A stretch of 64,000 nt of DNA from Planctomycetota bacterium (GCA_016235825.1 JACRIL010000102.1:751-64750); one strand, 5' to 3'. Shown: positions 27,913 through 38,634, counted from the first letter of the stretch. Notes: generated by a model not told the origin, from the letters alone. Translations and numbers: made by a program.

Positions 27913-28063
27913 GAGGCCCGACGGGCCGGAAGATAGTAGCCCCAGGTGAAGCGGAGGACGGCGGCAACCGTCCGAAGCGCAACCTGGGGACAGATCGTCA
28001 TTAAATAAGTTTCCAAATCTCCGTTTGCGCCACGGCAGAAGCGGCAGAATTTTTGAATACCAC
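27913..28063. repeat. family B repeat (second copy)
   Basis: Co-linear with 11778..11925. Confidence 0.7.
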
Positions 28064-28114
28064 GTCCAATGAGAATGGCCAATTCATTGTTCTGTTGCTG
28101 CAAAGGATAAATGC

Positions 28115-28262
28115 GGCAGGCGGCGCCCTCAAACGAAGCGGCTTGTCCGGCGTAGTCTTGACGAAGCCGGAAGCAGAGTTTGGGGTGCCGGTTAATTTAT
28201 TGACGCCTTCAAAAACTTCACCCCCAAGCTTCACTTCGTTTCGCTTGAGGGTGCCACCGGCC
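28115..28262. mobile_element. MITE-like element, second copy (inverted relative to 15320..15495)
   Basis: Reverse complement matches the 15320..15495 element essentially end to end, including the TIRs. Confidence 0.65.
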
Positions 28263-28289
28263 AATGCATCGACCAGGATCATTGGCCGG

Positions 28290-28440
28290 GGCATTTGAAA
28301 GTCAAGCCCCGTCTGCCGGCGGCGGGATCGAAAATTTGAAACTTCATCGGATGGAGGTTTTCCCCGGGTTTCGCTTCGTCCGCCTGACGGCGGACTGCGT
28401 TGCACCCGGGGCTACTTTCTGCCGGCTCTTCGAGCCTTCA
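28290..28440. repeat. composite repeat (family C-like head plus inverted family B core)
   Basis: CATTTGAAAGTCAAGCCCCGTC…GGCGGGA followed by the reverse complement of AGTAGCCCCGGGTGCA…CGGACGAAGCGAAACCCGGGG. Confidence 0.55.
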
Positions 28441-28668
28441 AACTGGTCGCACTGGACTTGCAAGGTATTGCTGTCCTTCTGAAAATTCATGCAATGAGAC
28501 AAAACCGGGACCGAAATTGTACGGAGAAACTGCTTCTGCCCGACGAATTCTCCCGCAATCGATCCATTGCCGGTTTCTGCCGGTGGCCGTAAAGCGTTAA
28601 ACAGGAGGTTGCTATTCCGCAGGATCACGTCTCATTCACCGCGTTTTTGGGAGGGGAACCAAAAAAGA

Positions 28669-29616
28669 CTATCCGCCGCAGAGAAATTGGTCGTCCTGTC
28701 GGGTGAAGATTATCCTCTCGCGTGGAACCTTTGAGATGTCAAAGACGGCGGACAGTTCCCCGATGGACGCGTCGCGTCTGCGGTCGATGATTCCGGACCA
28801 GAAGGCCAGCAGGCCGAGGATTCTTTCAGGAGATACGCCGCGCGAGCGGTAGTATTCCAGTCTGGTGTCGCCGTGCCGTTTGGCCAGGCGTTTTCCATCG
28901 GGTCCGACCACCAGAGGCAGATGCCAGTGCGCAGGCTGAGGCGACAGGCCCAGCAGGCGCCGGAGATGAATCTGCCTTGCTGCCGATTCCAACAGGTCGT
29001 CGCCCCGGACAATCGCATCCACGCCGGCCTGCGAGTCGTCGACGACCACGGCGAGCTGGTAGGCGGCCAGGCCGTCAGTCTTGAAGATGACGAAGTCGCC
29101 GCAGGTCTTGGCAAGGTTATAGGTTTTCACGCTCGCGAAACGGTCGGCGACTGCTATCGGCTCATTCGTTACGCGGACCCGCCATGCGACGGGCCTGCCT
29201 GTCGCGGCGGCATCGCTGGCGTCGCGAAATCGGCCGCGGCACGTGCCGGGATACGCCTCGGCGGCGTCATCCTCGTGCGGCGCTCCGCCGGCCTGCCGGA
29301 TGTCCTTTCGGCTGCACACGCACGGGTACGCCCATCCGGATTTTATCAGCGATTCCAGCGCGGAGCGATAAAATTCCGCACGCTGCGATTGATAGACGAC
29401 CGGCGTTTCCCACGTCAGGCCCAGCCAGGCCAATTCGTCCAGCATTTTCCGGTCGCTGCCCTTTTTCACCCGTGGGCCGTCGAGGTCCTCAACCCGCATG
29501 AGCACCCGCCAGCCGTACCGCCGGGCTAAAAGCCAGTTGACGAGAAACGTCCGGGCGTTGCCCAGGTGCAGCGCTCCGGTCGGAGATGGCGCCAGTCTTG
29601 TGATGCTCTCGGGCAT
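28669..29616 (-). CDS. gluQ: glutamyl-Q tRNA(Asp) synthetase
   Basis: RLAPSPTGALHLGNARTFLVNW HIGH-type motif of the truncated GluRS paralogue, ~315 aa. Confidence 0.85.
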   Translation of the reverse strand: MPESITRLAPSPTGALHLGNARTFLVNWLLARRYGWRVLMRVEDLDGPRVKKGSDRKMLDELAWLGLTWETPVVYQSQRAEFYRSALESLIKSGWAYPCVCSRKDIRQAGGAPHEDDAAEAYPGTCRGRFRDASDAAATGRPVAWRVRVTNEPIAVADRFASVKTYNLAKTCGDFVIFKTDGLAAYQLAVVVDDSQAGVDAIVRGDDLLESAARQIHLRRLLGLSPQPAHWHLPLVVGPDGKRLAKRHGDTRLEYYRSRGVSPERILGLLAFWSGIIDRRRDASIGELSAVFDISKVPRERIIFTRQDDQFLCGG

Positions 29617-29634
29617 GATCGTGCGAACCTCGAA

Positions 29635-30552
29635 TCAGTCGGCCTCCGGCGGGGCGGACGAAGCGCCTTTGGGCGAATCGCCTTGGGGCACAGCGGGCGA
29701 GCCGGCCTTAGGCGCGGCAGTCCGCCGGCGGATAAGCCGTATCAACAGGATCAGGGCGACGCCGGCCGCCACGCCGATCGCCAGACCGACGACCAGCCAT
29801 ATCCACGGGTGAGTCTGGTCGGGGCGGCAAAGAACCGGAATCGGATCGGGCGGACTGTCGATCGCGCCGAGCGCCACGAGTTCCTGGGCGATGCCCGGCA
29901 GGTTCGCGTTGAGATAGTCTGCCAGAACCTGGTGCTTATCGGGATCCCATCCATATGACCGCAATTCCGTGTAAGTCTCGTCCGGATTTTTCTTCTCGAC
30001 CAGCAGGCGGTACGCGGCGATTACTCCGCCGGTGCGGTGCGTGCCGGCGCTGCAATGCACGAGCACGGGCCTGCCCGCCCTGACGGCCTTGACGATTTGG
30101 GCGACGGCCCGCGCGTAAGCCCGTCTGCCGTCGCGAACCGGCTGTGTGCTGGCCTTGCCATCATCTCCGGGCTGAATGCCCGGCGTGCCGTTGCCCTTGA
30201 ACGCGAAACGGATCATCTCGATCCCCAATTCCCTGGCTATCTCGTCCTCGGCCGCCTGCTGGGGGTCGTTGGCGTCGAACGCGTTAAGCGAAATAATGAC
30301 CTTGATATTGTGCTGCTGAAGCGCCTGCCTGATAAGCGATGGGTGAATCTGGCCGGCGCGATAGATTTTGCCCGGCTCGACGATGCCCCAGTTTTTCGGG
30401 CAGGTCCGCGGGCCAAGATATCCTTGCCAGAAAAAGAATCCTCCGGCGCACAGGCCGATAAAAACCAGCCCGGCCCAGCACCACCAGGGGATCAGAAATT
30501 TGCCTATTTTCAAATCCAGCTTCGCCATCGCCCCAGTATAGCGGTTTTTCAT
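29635..30552 (-). CDS. membrane-anchored protein-tyrosine/dual-specificity phosphatase
   Basis: CX5R P-loop VHCSAGTHRTGG. N-terminal and C-terminal TM segments. Start uncertain (Met at 30552 or 30528). Confidence 0.65.
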   Translation of the reverse strand: MKNRYTGAMAKLDLKIGKFLIPWWCWAGLVFIGLCAGGFFFWQGYLGPRTCPKNWGIVEPGKIYRAGQIHPSLIRQALQQHNIKVIISLNAFDANDPQQAAEDEIARELGIEMIRFAFKGNGTPGIQPGDDGKASTQPVRDGRRAYARAVAQIVKAVRAGRPVLVHCSAGTHRTGGVIAAYRLLVEKKNPDETYTELRSYGWDPDKHQVLADYLNANLPGIAQELVALGAIDSPPDPIPVLCRPDQTHPWIWLVVGLAIGVAAGVALILLIRLIRRRTAAPKAGSPAVPQGDSPKGASSAPPEAD

Positions 30553-30637
30553 GCAATAAAACAATCGGCCCGGGCGTTCGGAAAAACGGAAGCAGGAACC
30601 ATAAAGGTTGCAGAGACCATTTTCAGGAGAAAACATC

Positions 30638-31519
30638 ATGGAAACGGGCACAAAAACAGCGATTATCGGGATTGCGGCGGCCATGGCCATTTCCGCGTTC
30701 GGCGGCCTTGCACTGGCGGATGGCCAGCAAAAAATCAACCAAAATTACCTCGACCTGTACGACAGGGACCGGTTTGACGCCGCCGACGCCGACCACAACG
30801 GCCTTCTGACGGTCGATGAATTGCAGGACGCCCAGAAGGAGTTTGAATTCTATCGTGACAATGACAGGTTCCGCAGCGCCGACGCCAACGGCGACGGCAT
30901 GCTGTCGCTGGACGAATGCAAGGCGCAGCGAAGGCAGGAGATCGAGCATCGCAACAAGCTGGAAAAGCAGATCCTTGAAGACCTCCGGAAAAGGCATCCC
31001 GGCGCCGACTTCACGAATATCGGGTGGCTCAAGGACCATCCGGAAGTGCTGGCGCAACTGATCGGCAACTCCACGTGGCTGGACGAAAACCCTCAGGCCG
31101 CCCGCAAGCTCTGGGAAAACCGCGAATGGCTGGCCGAGCATCCGGACTGCGCAAAGGCCATTTTCGCCAACCGGCGGTGGCTGTATGAGAATCCTGATAT
31201 CGCGGAAAAACTGCTCGAAAACAAAAAGTGGATCTTTAACAATCCGGAAGTCGCGAAGGAAGTTTTCGCCAATCGCCTGTGGCTCAGGGCGCATCCGGAG
31301 TTCGCCAAGGAACTGTACGGCAACCGGGAATGGCTGGCCAAACACTCCGCCGCCGCGCATGTGGTCTATAACAACGCCGATTTCGTGAAGAACCATCCGG
31401 AACTTGCCAAGTTCGCCGTGGAGCAGCGGGCGGCAGGCAAGGTTGCCGCCCAGAAAGCCAACGTGTCCAGACCCGCGGTCCAGAAAGCCGCCGCCGCCGC
31501 GAAAGCCAACGGAAAATAA
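30638..31519 (+). CDS. secreted EF-hand calcium-binding protein with eight tandem ~13-aa repeats
   Basis: AGGAGA RBS. Signal peptide. Two canonical EF loops (DADHNGLLTVDE, DANGDGMLSLDE). Repeats of the form WLxEHPxxAKxxFxNRx from about 31030 to 31400. Confidence 0.75.
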   Translation: METGTKTAIIGIAAAMAISAFGGLALADGQQKINQNYLDLYDRDRFDAADADHNGLLTVDELQDAQKEFEFYRDNDRFRSADANGDGMLSLDECKAQRRQEIEHRNKLEKQILEDLRKRHPGADFTNIGWLKDHPEVLAQLIGNSTWLDENPQAARKLWENREWLAEHPDCAKAIFANRRWLYENPDIAEKLLENKKWIFNNPEVAKEVFANRLWLRAHPEFAKELYGNREWLAKHSAAAHVVYNNADFVKNHPELAKFAVEQRAAGKVAAQKANVSRPAVQKAAAAAKANGK

Positions 31520-31538
31520 TCGGCGGCAGGACGGGGTA

Positions 31539-32099
31539 TCATGGATTCAGGGGCTGGTCGCTCTGGTCTTCCTTGAGCAGGTCGGCGAGGGTCTGCTCGT
31601 CCCGCGAGGCGTCGAGTTTAGCAGCGGCGGGAGATTCGATGGCTTCAATGCCCGAGATGGTGTCGGAAAACTTTCCGCCGACCGGGCCTGATGTGTCATC
31701 CTTGGCGATCGCCAGGCCGACCGACGAGGCCAGTATCGCCCGCGGCATGCCGTTGACCTGGAGGATAAGCGTGAAAGGCCCCAGCGTCAGTTTGTCGCCA
31801 GCCTTCATCCACGCCTCGCGGATCTTCCTGCCGTTCAGAAACGTCCCGTTGGACGAGCCCAGGTCCTTGAGCTTGATCCGGTTGTCCTCCTCCAGTGCGA
31901 TTTCGCAGTGATAGCGCGAGATGCTCTTGCTGAGGACACGCAGGCCGCAGTCGTCGGCCCGGCCGATCACGATGCTCTCCGTGACGGGGAATTCCGCCCG
32001 TTTGCCGTCGGAACTGAAGCGTATCAGTTTGACTTCCATAAGACCGATGTCCTGGTTGCCTATCCGGATAGGCACTGGTATCTGCCTGTATAATATCAT
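31539..32099 (-). CDS. FHA-domain protein
   Basis: …IGRADDCGLRV…SISRYHCEI…DLGSSNGTFLNG FHA motifs (GR…S…H…NGT). Confidence 0.8.
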   Translation of the reverse strand: MILYRQIPVPIRIGNQDIGLMEVKLIRFSSDGKRAEFPVTESIVIGRADDCGLRVLSKSISRYHCEIALEEDNRIKLKDLGSSNGTFLNGRKIREAWMKAGDKLTLGPFTLILQVNGMPRAILASSVGLAIAKDDTSGPVGGKFSDTISGIEAIESPAAAKLDASRDEQTLADLLKEDQSDQPLNP

Positions 32100-32194
32100 C
32101 TTCGGCCTGTTTGGTTAATAATGAATCCTGAATTCGGGGCGGAATCCATAAATCCTTTTCAGATGGGCAACAGATGTTCCATATCTCGCCGGTT

Positions 32195-32395
32195 CGGAGC
32201 AACCGATTCGCAGGCTCGAAGAGCCGGTAGACAGTAGCCGTAGGCGTAAGCCTACGGTACGGATTGCTCCAGGATAAAGAGCCTCGGAGAGGCGACAGAA
32301 ATTTCTGAAAGTCTGTGCCGCCTCGTCGAGGCTCAAATCATAATGGGCCTGAATTCCGGAGGCTTACGCCTCCGGCTACTCTCTTCCAACCCTTC
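32195..32395. repeat. inverted pair of AGTAGCC + GTAA-tetraloop hairpin modules
   Basis: GACAGTAGCCGTAGGCGTAAGCCTACGG (+) and the reverse complement of GAGAGTAGCCGGAGGCGTAAGCCTCCGG, with GAAAGTCTG between. Confidence 0.55.
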
Positions 32396-32520
32396 GGGTT
32401 TGGACTTTCGACTTCAATGGTTGAACTTATGCGGCAAAGGGTTATTATGGCCAAAATCATGAATACCAACCTGCTTTGTTACGGCGACAATTTTGACGGG
32501 CAGGGAAAAGGCAAATCGCA

Positions 32521-32844
32521 ATGCAATGCCATTTGGCGGACAAGAAGCCGCTGACGGTGCCGGACCTTCAGGCCCTCCAGATGGTCCGGTCGATATACGA
32601 GTCGAGCCATCACTCGGTCTGGATCAGCCGCTGCGGCCAGTGCGGGCAGCTCTACGCCGTCTGCTTCGACGAGGATGTGGACTGGGAGCAGGGCAACGAC
32701 AAATGCTGGAATTTTTATGTGCCGATAGAGTCTTGTGATATCCCGCCGATCGAGGCTGACACCACTCAAATATCGGCCCTGATGCAGTGCCGGCCGTTCA
32801 TCACCTGGGCGCCGGGCGACAACATTTACTGGACGACGAAATGA
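32521..32844 (+). CDS. hypothetical small Cys-rich protein
   Basis: 107-aa ORF with seven Cys, including a CGQCGQ motif. Weak RBS. No recognisable domain. Confidence 0.35.
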   Translation: MQCHLADKKPLTVPDLQALQMVRSIYESSHHSVWISRCGQCGQLYAVCFDEDVDWEQGNDKCWNFYVPIESCDIPPIEADTTQISALMQCRPFITWAPGDNIYWTTK

Positions 32845-33063
32845 CAGCCATGAACATCCTTTTGATCACGTTCGACTCGACGAAGACGCGGCCCTGTCGG
32901 CGTTCGGCAACACGTTTTGCCGCGCGCCCAATATTGACCACCTCGCGGGCGATGCGGACGGCCGCATGATGGATGAAAATATGAAGAAATCTTTCCAAGT
33001 CAACAGGGGCGCAGGTCCGATAAAATATCAGAGGCGGACCGACAGGTCCGCCTGACGGAGCCA

Positions 33064-34542
33064 ATGGCAGAACCGGCACAGATTGAGACGATCGAGACGC
33101 CCAACCCTCGCCCGATGACGCGATGGTTCACGGGGGGGTTGCTTTTTATGGCGGTGCTGCTGCCGCTGCTGTTTCTGGTTTCGGTGCGGCCGGAGCACTT
33201 GGGCGGCGTGCTGATGGCCTATCTGAATTGCCTGGTCATCTCGCTCATGTGCGTCTACCTGGTCCGCAAGTGCAGTCTCCAGGCGATTGTGCCGGTCCTG
33301 TTCCTGGGATTTTTCGCCATGTCCTGGCCTCTGCCGATAATCCATCTGGCCATCGCCGAACCCGATTCGGCTTACGAGACGCTCTACAGCACGTATTCGC
33401 ACCAGGGAAACCAGGTCCATTTCCAGTTTGTCCTGCTGATCTTCCTGTTCTTTTTCATGCTGGGCGTGCTGCCGTTCGTGGGGCATCGCAAGACGACGGT
33501 GCCGGGGATCGAGGACCGCGTATCGCCCGAATCGGCCAGGGCGATGGCGTCGCTGGTCTCGATTGTGGCAATCTTCATGATCTCCCTGCACATTTTCACG
33601 CAGGTTTTCCCGATCTCCTCGGCCCTGAATTACCTGGCACAGGGGGCCTTTCTTTACCTTGTCGGGCTGTTCATAACGTCCGGCGCGCTGTTCATGTATA
33701 TGTCGCGCCTGGCCCTGATGATCCTGCTGGGCATCCTTGCCTGTGCGGCTGGCGTGTACATGATAGGCAACGCCCGGTCCTGGGCTTTTTATCCGTTTTT
33801 CGGGCTGGCGATAGGGTTCATGTTCCTCACCGCCGTCAGCCAGAAGATAAAACTGGGGCTGCTGCTGCTTATCATCGCGGTCTTTCCGGTCGTGCTGGTC
33901 ATAACCAACACCACCCGCGAGGTGCTGGGCGACGTCGGCTTCAAGGACCTCGGGATGCGGTGGCAGGCGATGGGCCAGTGGAAGGACGTGCTGGCCCAGG
34001 GTTCGACCGGCGCCAGGTCGTCAACGAGGCTTTTCTGCGAGGCTTCGCATCTGATAGTAACGACCACGCCGGACACGAGGGATTATATCGGTTTCGACCC
34101 GTACCGGTTCATGACGACTCTCGTCAGCCGGCTGTTCATCCCCGGCGTGATATCCAGCCGCGCCGACTATACCAACACGGAGATACTTCCCACGTACGGC
34201 ATAGAAATCACCGAGACCTCGTCGGTGCCGATAGGCATAATCGGATCGTTCTGGGTGCTGGGCGGGATGATCCCGCTGATATTCGGCGCTCTGGCGACGG
34301 GGGCGATAATCGGCCTGTGCGCCAGGGCGATCGGCAATTATGAGAATGTCTCGCCGCTGAAGGCCCTGTTCGTGCTGTCGGTGCTGGCGCCGCAGCTTTT
34401 CGAGGCTCCGCTGTCCGATATCATTTCGCTGGCGAAGTTCCTGCTCTGGCGGATGGTCGCCGCATTGATACTGTATAATGTGTTTTTAGGCGGGCTGATC
34501 GGCGACACCGGCCGGTCCGAACCCGCGGTCCACCCGGCCTAG
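33064..34542 (+). CDS. polytopic membrane protein, probable O-antigen/oligosaccharide polymerase (Wzy-like)
   Basis: 10+ TM helices with a large periplasmic loop. Located at the head of a glycan-biosynthesis gene run. Assignment by context and architecture only. Confidence 0.55.
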   Translation: MAEPAQIETIETPNPRPMTRWFTGGLLFMAVLLPLLFLVSVRPEHLGGVLMAYLNCLVISLMCVYLVRKCSLQAIVPVLFLGFFAMSWPLPIIHLAIAEPDSAYETLYSTYSHQGNQVHFQFVLLIFLFFFMLGVLPFVGHRKTTVPGIEDRVSPESARAMASLVSIVAIFMISLHIFTQVFPISSALNYLAQGAFLYLVGLFITSGALFMYMSRLALMILLGILACAAGVYMIGNARSWAFYPFFGLAIGFMFLTAVSQKIKLGLLLLIIAVFPVVLVITNTTREVLGDVGFKDLGMRWQAMGQWKDVLAQGSTGARSSTRLFCEASHLIVTTTPDTRDYIGFDPYRFMTTLVSRLFIPGVISSRADYTNTEILPTYGIEITETSSVPIGIIGSFWVLGGMIPLIFGALATGAIIGLCARAIGNYENVSPLKALFVLSVLAPQLFEAPLSDIISLAKFLLWRMVAALILYNVFLGGLIGDTGRSEPAVHPA

Positions 34543-34602
34543 CGGACCGGGAATTCGGCAGAGACGAAAGGATGCGCTGGCGACTCTGGAGAAGATGGCC
34601 GC

Positions 34603-35334
34603 ATGAAAGACTGGAAACAGCGTTTGTATGACAATTACATCTCGACCGGGCAAGCCGGAACGGGTATCAATCGGCAGACCGGCCTGAATATCGGCGATTA
34701 TCCCTACTTTTCCAGACTCATCAGGAAACACCTGCCGGACAGGAAAGACATTGCCATTCTTGATTTGGCCTGCGGACATGGAGCATTGATATACTGCCTG
34801 AAGAAACTCGGTTATTGCAATCTTGAAGGAGTTGATATTTCACCGCAGCAGGTGGCTTTGGCGCATGAATCAGGGTTAAGAGAAATCAGATGCCAGGACA
34901 TGATGGATTTTCTGAAAGACAAAGTAAACGCTTTTGATGTCATCTTTTTGATGGACATTCTTGAACATTTGAGCAAAGTCGAGCTTTGCGATTGCCTGGA
35001 TCAAGTCAGTAAATCGCTGACAGCAAATGGAATGGTTGTAATACATGTTCCCAACGCGGAAGGAATATTCGGGATGAGGATCCGCTACGGGGATGTGACA
35101 CACGAGAACTGTTTCACCCCGCAGTCAATCAGACAGGCATTAAGAGTCTGCGGCATCCATAGCGTGGAATGTTTTGAAGACAAGCCCCTTATTCATGGTT
35201 TAAAAAGCTTATTCAGGTATATTTTATGGGTGCTGTTGACAGCGCCATTTCGCTTGTTGTTGGCTGCGGAGACTGGAACTACCGGGCAGGTTCTTTCCCA
35301 GAATATGTTGGTCGTTGCAAGGAAATTTGCCTGA
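34603..35334 (+). CDS. class I SAM-dependent methyltransferase
   Basis: ILDLACGHGALIY motif I. ~240 aa. Confidence 0.8.
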   Translation: MKDWKQRLYDNYISTGQAGTGINRQTGLNIGDYPYFSRLIRKHLPDRKDIAILDLACGHGALIYCLKKLGYCNLEGVDISPQQVALAHESGLREIRCQDMMDFLKDKVNAFDVIFLMDILEHLSKVELCDCLDQVSKSLTANGMVVIHVPNAEGIFGMRIRYGDVTHENCFTPQSIRQALRVCGIHSVECFEDKPLIHGLKSLFRYILWVLLTAPFRLLLAAETGTTGQVLSQNMLVVARKFA

Positions 35335-35363
35335 CATGGCGGGAATACGGCAGAGACAAAAGC

Positions 35364-37268
35364 ATGTGCGGGATAGCCGGCATAATAACGAAGGACGCCC
35401 CGGCGGCGGAGTCGGCGCTGGCGAAGATGGGCGATACCCAGCGCCATCGCGGGCCTGACGATGCCGGGCGGGTCGTCCTGCCGTTCGGGCGGGCGAGCCT
35501 GGGGCTGGGCCATCGCAGGCTGGCGATACTCGATCTCTCGCCGGCCGGCCATCAGCCGATGGTCTGCCCGACGACCGGCAACGTCATCGTCTTCAACGGC
35601 GAGATATACAATTATTTGCGTCTGCGGCGTGAGCTTGCCGATATGGGCCAGCGATTTGCCGGCAGCAGCGACACCGAGGTGCTGCTGCACGCGCTGGGCC
35701 GCTGGGGGCCGGAATGTCTCGCCCGGCTGGAAGGGATGTTCGCCCTGGCGTTTTACGACGCACGGGCGGGCAGGCTGATTTTGGCCCGCGATCCCATGGG
35801 CATCAAGCCGCTCTACGTGGCGGCAGGCCGCGAGCAATTCGCATTCGCCAGCGAGATAGGCGCGCTGTTGGCGGCCGGGCTGACAGACCGGCAGATCGAC
35901 CCGGTTGGCCTGGAAAGTTTTCTGGCTTACGGGTCTGTGCAGGAACCGGCCACGTTTTTCAAGGACGTCAAAGCATTTCCGCCGGGTTGCCGGCAGGAGT
36001 TCACGGCCCAAGGCGATTCGTGGAGGGCGCAGCCGCCGGTGAAACACTGGTTTTTCCCTCGCCGCGACGACCGGGCGGGCGGGGGCGACCTGCCGGAGGC
36101 AATACGATCTACTCTCGATCAGGCCGTCGCAGATCATCTCGTCAGCGACGTGCCGGTCGGGGTGTTCCTGTCGGCCGGGCTGGACAGCTCGACCATCGCC
36201 GCGCTGGCGAAAAAGCACAGCCCGGACCTGCGGGCATACACCGTCGGCTTTTCGGGCCGGCGCGGCAAAAGCGAGAGCGGACCGGCGGCCCAAACGGCGA
36301 TGTCGCTGGGCATGAGACACGAACTGATCGAACTTTCCGCCGAACAGGCGCTGGCCGACTGCGGATGCTGGCTTGAACATATCGACCAGCCGTCAATCGA
36401 CGGGCTGAACACGTACATCATCAGCAAGGCCGTCCGATCGGCCGGGATTGTGGTGGCCCTGTCGGGTCTGGGCGGCGACGAACTGTTCGGCGGATACTCC
36501 ACGTTCTTTCGCGCACCGTTAATCGCCCGCGCGGGAGAGATCGCCGGGGAGCTTGGCCGGCCGGCCGCCAAAGCGTTCATCGCGATGTTGTCCGCGGTAA
36601 TGCCACAGTATCGCAGGCACAAATTCCTTGACACGCCGCTGTCCGGCGGCCTGATGGCTGCGTATCTGCATTGCAGGCGTGTGTTCAGCGAAGACAGCCT
36701 GGCCAGGCTTGGCCTGAAGGGATCGGCCTGCGCGGACGGCCGGCGACATCTGCCGCGCGAGGCCGAGACGAGCATCGAGATTGATCCGGCCGATGGAGTC
36801 TGGACGGTCAGCATGCTGGAGTCGCGTCTGTACATGCGGAACACGCTGCTGCGCGACGCCGACGCGAACGGCATGGCCCACGGGTTGGAGATTCGCGTGC
36901 CGATGCTCGACCGGCGGATGCTGGACCTGATGCTTCCGCTGCCCGGCCGCACCAGGCTGCCCAACGGCAGGCCGAACAAATTTCTGCTGCGCTCTGCGAT
37001 GGCCGACCTGCTCGACCGCCGGCTGCTGGGGCGGCCCAAGACCGGCTTCGCCCTGCCGATAGACGCCTGGATGCGAACCTCGATGCGGCCGCTCTGCCGC
37101 GATGCGATAACGTCGCTGAAATCATCAGGCCTGCTCGATCCGCGGGGCATCGAGGCGATCTGGCGGGAGTTCATCGACAACCCGGCCAACACCCGGTGGT
37201 GCGAACCGCTGGGACTGGTGGTCCTGGGTTTGTATCTGGATAAGATCAGGGCCATAAGACTATTATGA
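35364..37268 (+). CDS. asnB: asparagine synthase (glutamine-hydrolysing) family amidotransferase
   Basis: MCGIAG N-terminal nucleophile, SGGLDSS PP-loop, full-length ~630 aa. Confidence 0.85.
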   Translation: MCGIAGIITKDAPAAESALAKMGDTQRHRGPDDAGRVVLPFGRASLGLGHRRLAILDLSPAGHQPMVCPTTGNVIVFNGEIYNYLRLRRELADMGQRFAGSSDTEVLLHALGRWGPECLARLEGMFALAFYDARAGRLILARDPMGIKPLYVAAGREQFAFASEIGALLAAGLTDRQIDPVGLESFLAYGSVQEPATFFKDVKAFPPGCRQEFTAQGDSWRAQPPVKHWFFPRRDDRAGGGDLPEAIRSTLDQAVADHLVSDVPVGVFLSAGLDSSTIAALAKKHSPDLRAYTVGFSGRRGKSESGPAAQTAMSLGMRHELIELSAEQALADCGCWLEHIDQPSIDGLNTYIISKAVRSAGIVVALSGLGGDELFGGYSTFFRAPLIARAGEIAGELGRPAAKAFIAMLSAVMPQYRRHKFLDTPLSGGLMAAYLHCRRVFSEDSLARLGLKGSACADGRRHLPREAETSIEIDPADGVWTVSMLESRLYMRNTLLRDADANGMAHGLEIRVPMLDRRMLDLMLPLPGRTRLPNGRPNKFLLRSAMADLLDRRLLGRPKTGFALPIDAWMRTSMRPLCRDAITSLKSSGLLDPRGIEAIWREFIDNPANTRWCEPLGLVVLGLYLDKIRAIRLL

Positions 37269-37389
37269 ACCGGACTGATTTTTTCGTGGCACGGGCATCT
37301 TGCCCGTGTGTTCCATGGGCGTCTCGCCCATGCACGTTCGCAGCTTCTCACGGCCGGGACGGCTGTGCCACGAATTTATTGGGGCGATA

Positions 37390-38634
37390 ATGAATCGGAC
37401 CGGTTCTCTGAAAATTGTCCACACGATAACGTCTATCGCGTCATCGACCGGCGGGCCGGCCAGGTCGGTCGTCGGGTTGTGCGAGGCGCTGGCCCGGCAG
37501 GGACATCGGCCGGCGATCTGCACGCAGGATACAACTGAATCGCTTGGTCCGGATTTTCCGGCCGACCCGTCGGTAGCGGTAATCAGATCGCGATGTATGT
37601 TCGTCCGTCCGCTGCGGCTGGCCGTTCCGGTCGGGTACGGCAGGGCGCTCGATTCGGCATGCGGCAGAGCCGACGTCCTGCATTCACACGGGCTGTGGGA
37701 GCCGATCAATTATCTTGCGGCACGGACGGCAGCCCGGCTGAAAATTCCGCACGTGATTTCGCCTCGCGGTTCTTTGCAGCAGGCTGCGCTGCGAAGGTCC
37801 GGCTGGAAAAAGGCCGTCGCGGGCGCCGTTTTCGCCCGGCGCACCCTTGCGTCGGCGGATTGCATCCACGCGGCCTCGATGCTGGAGGCGCGGCACGCGG
37901 CGATGTACCAGCCGCATGCGCGGGCGATAGCGGTTGTGCCCAACGGCCTGGACCTGGCTGAATATCAGGACTGCGACGAGGATCGCGGCAGGCAAATTCT
38001 CGAGGTCCGCTGGCCGGAGATGAAGGGCAGGCGAATCGTCCTGTTTCTCGGCCGGCTGCACCCGCACAAGGGAACGGTCGAACTCATCGAGGCCTGGGCG
38101 GAATTGACGCGGACCGCCGCCGGGCATGATCGCGATTGGCTGCTCGTGCTGGCCGGGCCAGACCAGGACGGCCACGCCGCGCAGCTCCGCCGCAGGCTGG
38201 CGGACCTTGGCGCGGCGGACAGCGTCGTCTTTACGGGCCAGGTTGCGGGTCAGGAAAAGCTCGCCCTGCTGGCCGCGTGCCGGTTTCTCGTGCTGCCCAG
38301 CGCCAGCGAGAACTTCGGGCTGGCCGCGGCCGAGGCGCTCGCGTCCGCCCGGCCGGTCGTGGTCAACGAGTCTTCGCCCTGGCAGGAGCTTGAACAGACC
38401 GGCTGCGGACTGGTCGCCGTCGGGCGGCCAGGAGGGTCGCTGCGCGAGTGCGTCAGCCGGATGATGTCGATGCCAGACGCCGGCCTGGCGGAAATGGGCC
38501 GGTCGGGCAGAAAATTTGTGCAGGACCGTTTCGCATGGCAGACGGTAGCGGAACAGATGATCGCCCTTTATGATTGGCTGGCCCGCGACGGCCCCAGGCC
38601 GGCGTTCGTCTATCGTCCGCCCGAACTGGTTTGA
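37390..38634 (+). CDS. glycosyltransferase, GT4 family
   Basis: Start at MNRTGSLKIVHT. GT-B fold with C-terminal E…NFGLAAAEALASARPVV motif. Confidence 0.8.
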   Translation: MNRTGSLKIVHTITSIASSTGGPARSVVGLCEALARQGHRPAICTQDTTESLGPDFPADPSVAVIRSRCMFVRPLRLAVPVGYGRALDSACGRADVLHSHGLWEPINYLAARTAARLKIPHVISPRGSLQQAALRRSGWKKAVAGAVFARRTLASADCIHAASMLEARHAAMYQPHARAIAVVPNGLDLAEYQDCDEDRGRQILEVRWPEMKGRRIVLFLGRLHPHKGTVELIEAWAELTRTAAGHDRDWLLVLAGPDQDGHAAQLRRRLADLGAADSVVFTGQVAGQEKLALLAACRFLVLPSASENFGLAAAEALASARPVVVNESSPWQELEQTGCGLVAVGRPGGSLRECVSRMMSMPDAGLAEMGRSGRKFVQDRFAWQTVAEQMIALYDWLARDGPRPAFVYRPPELV

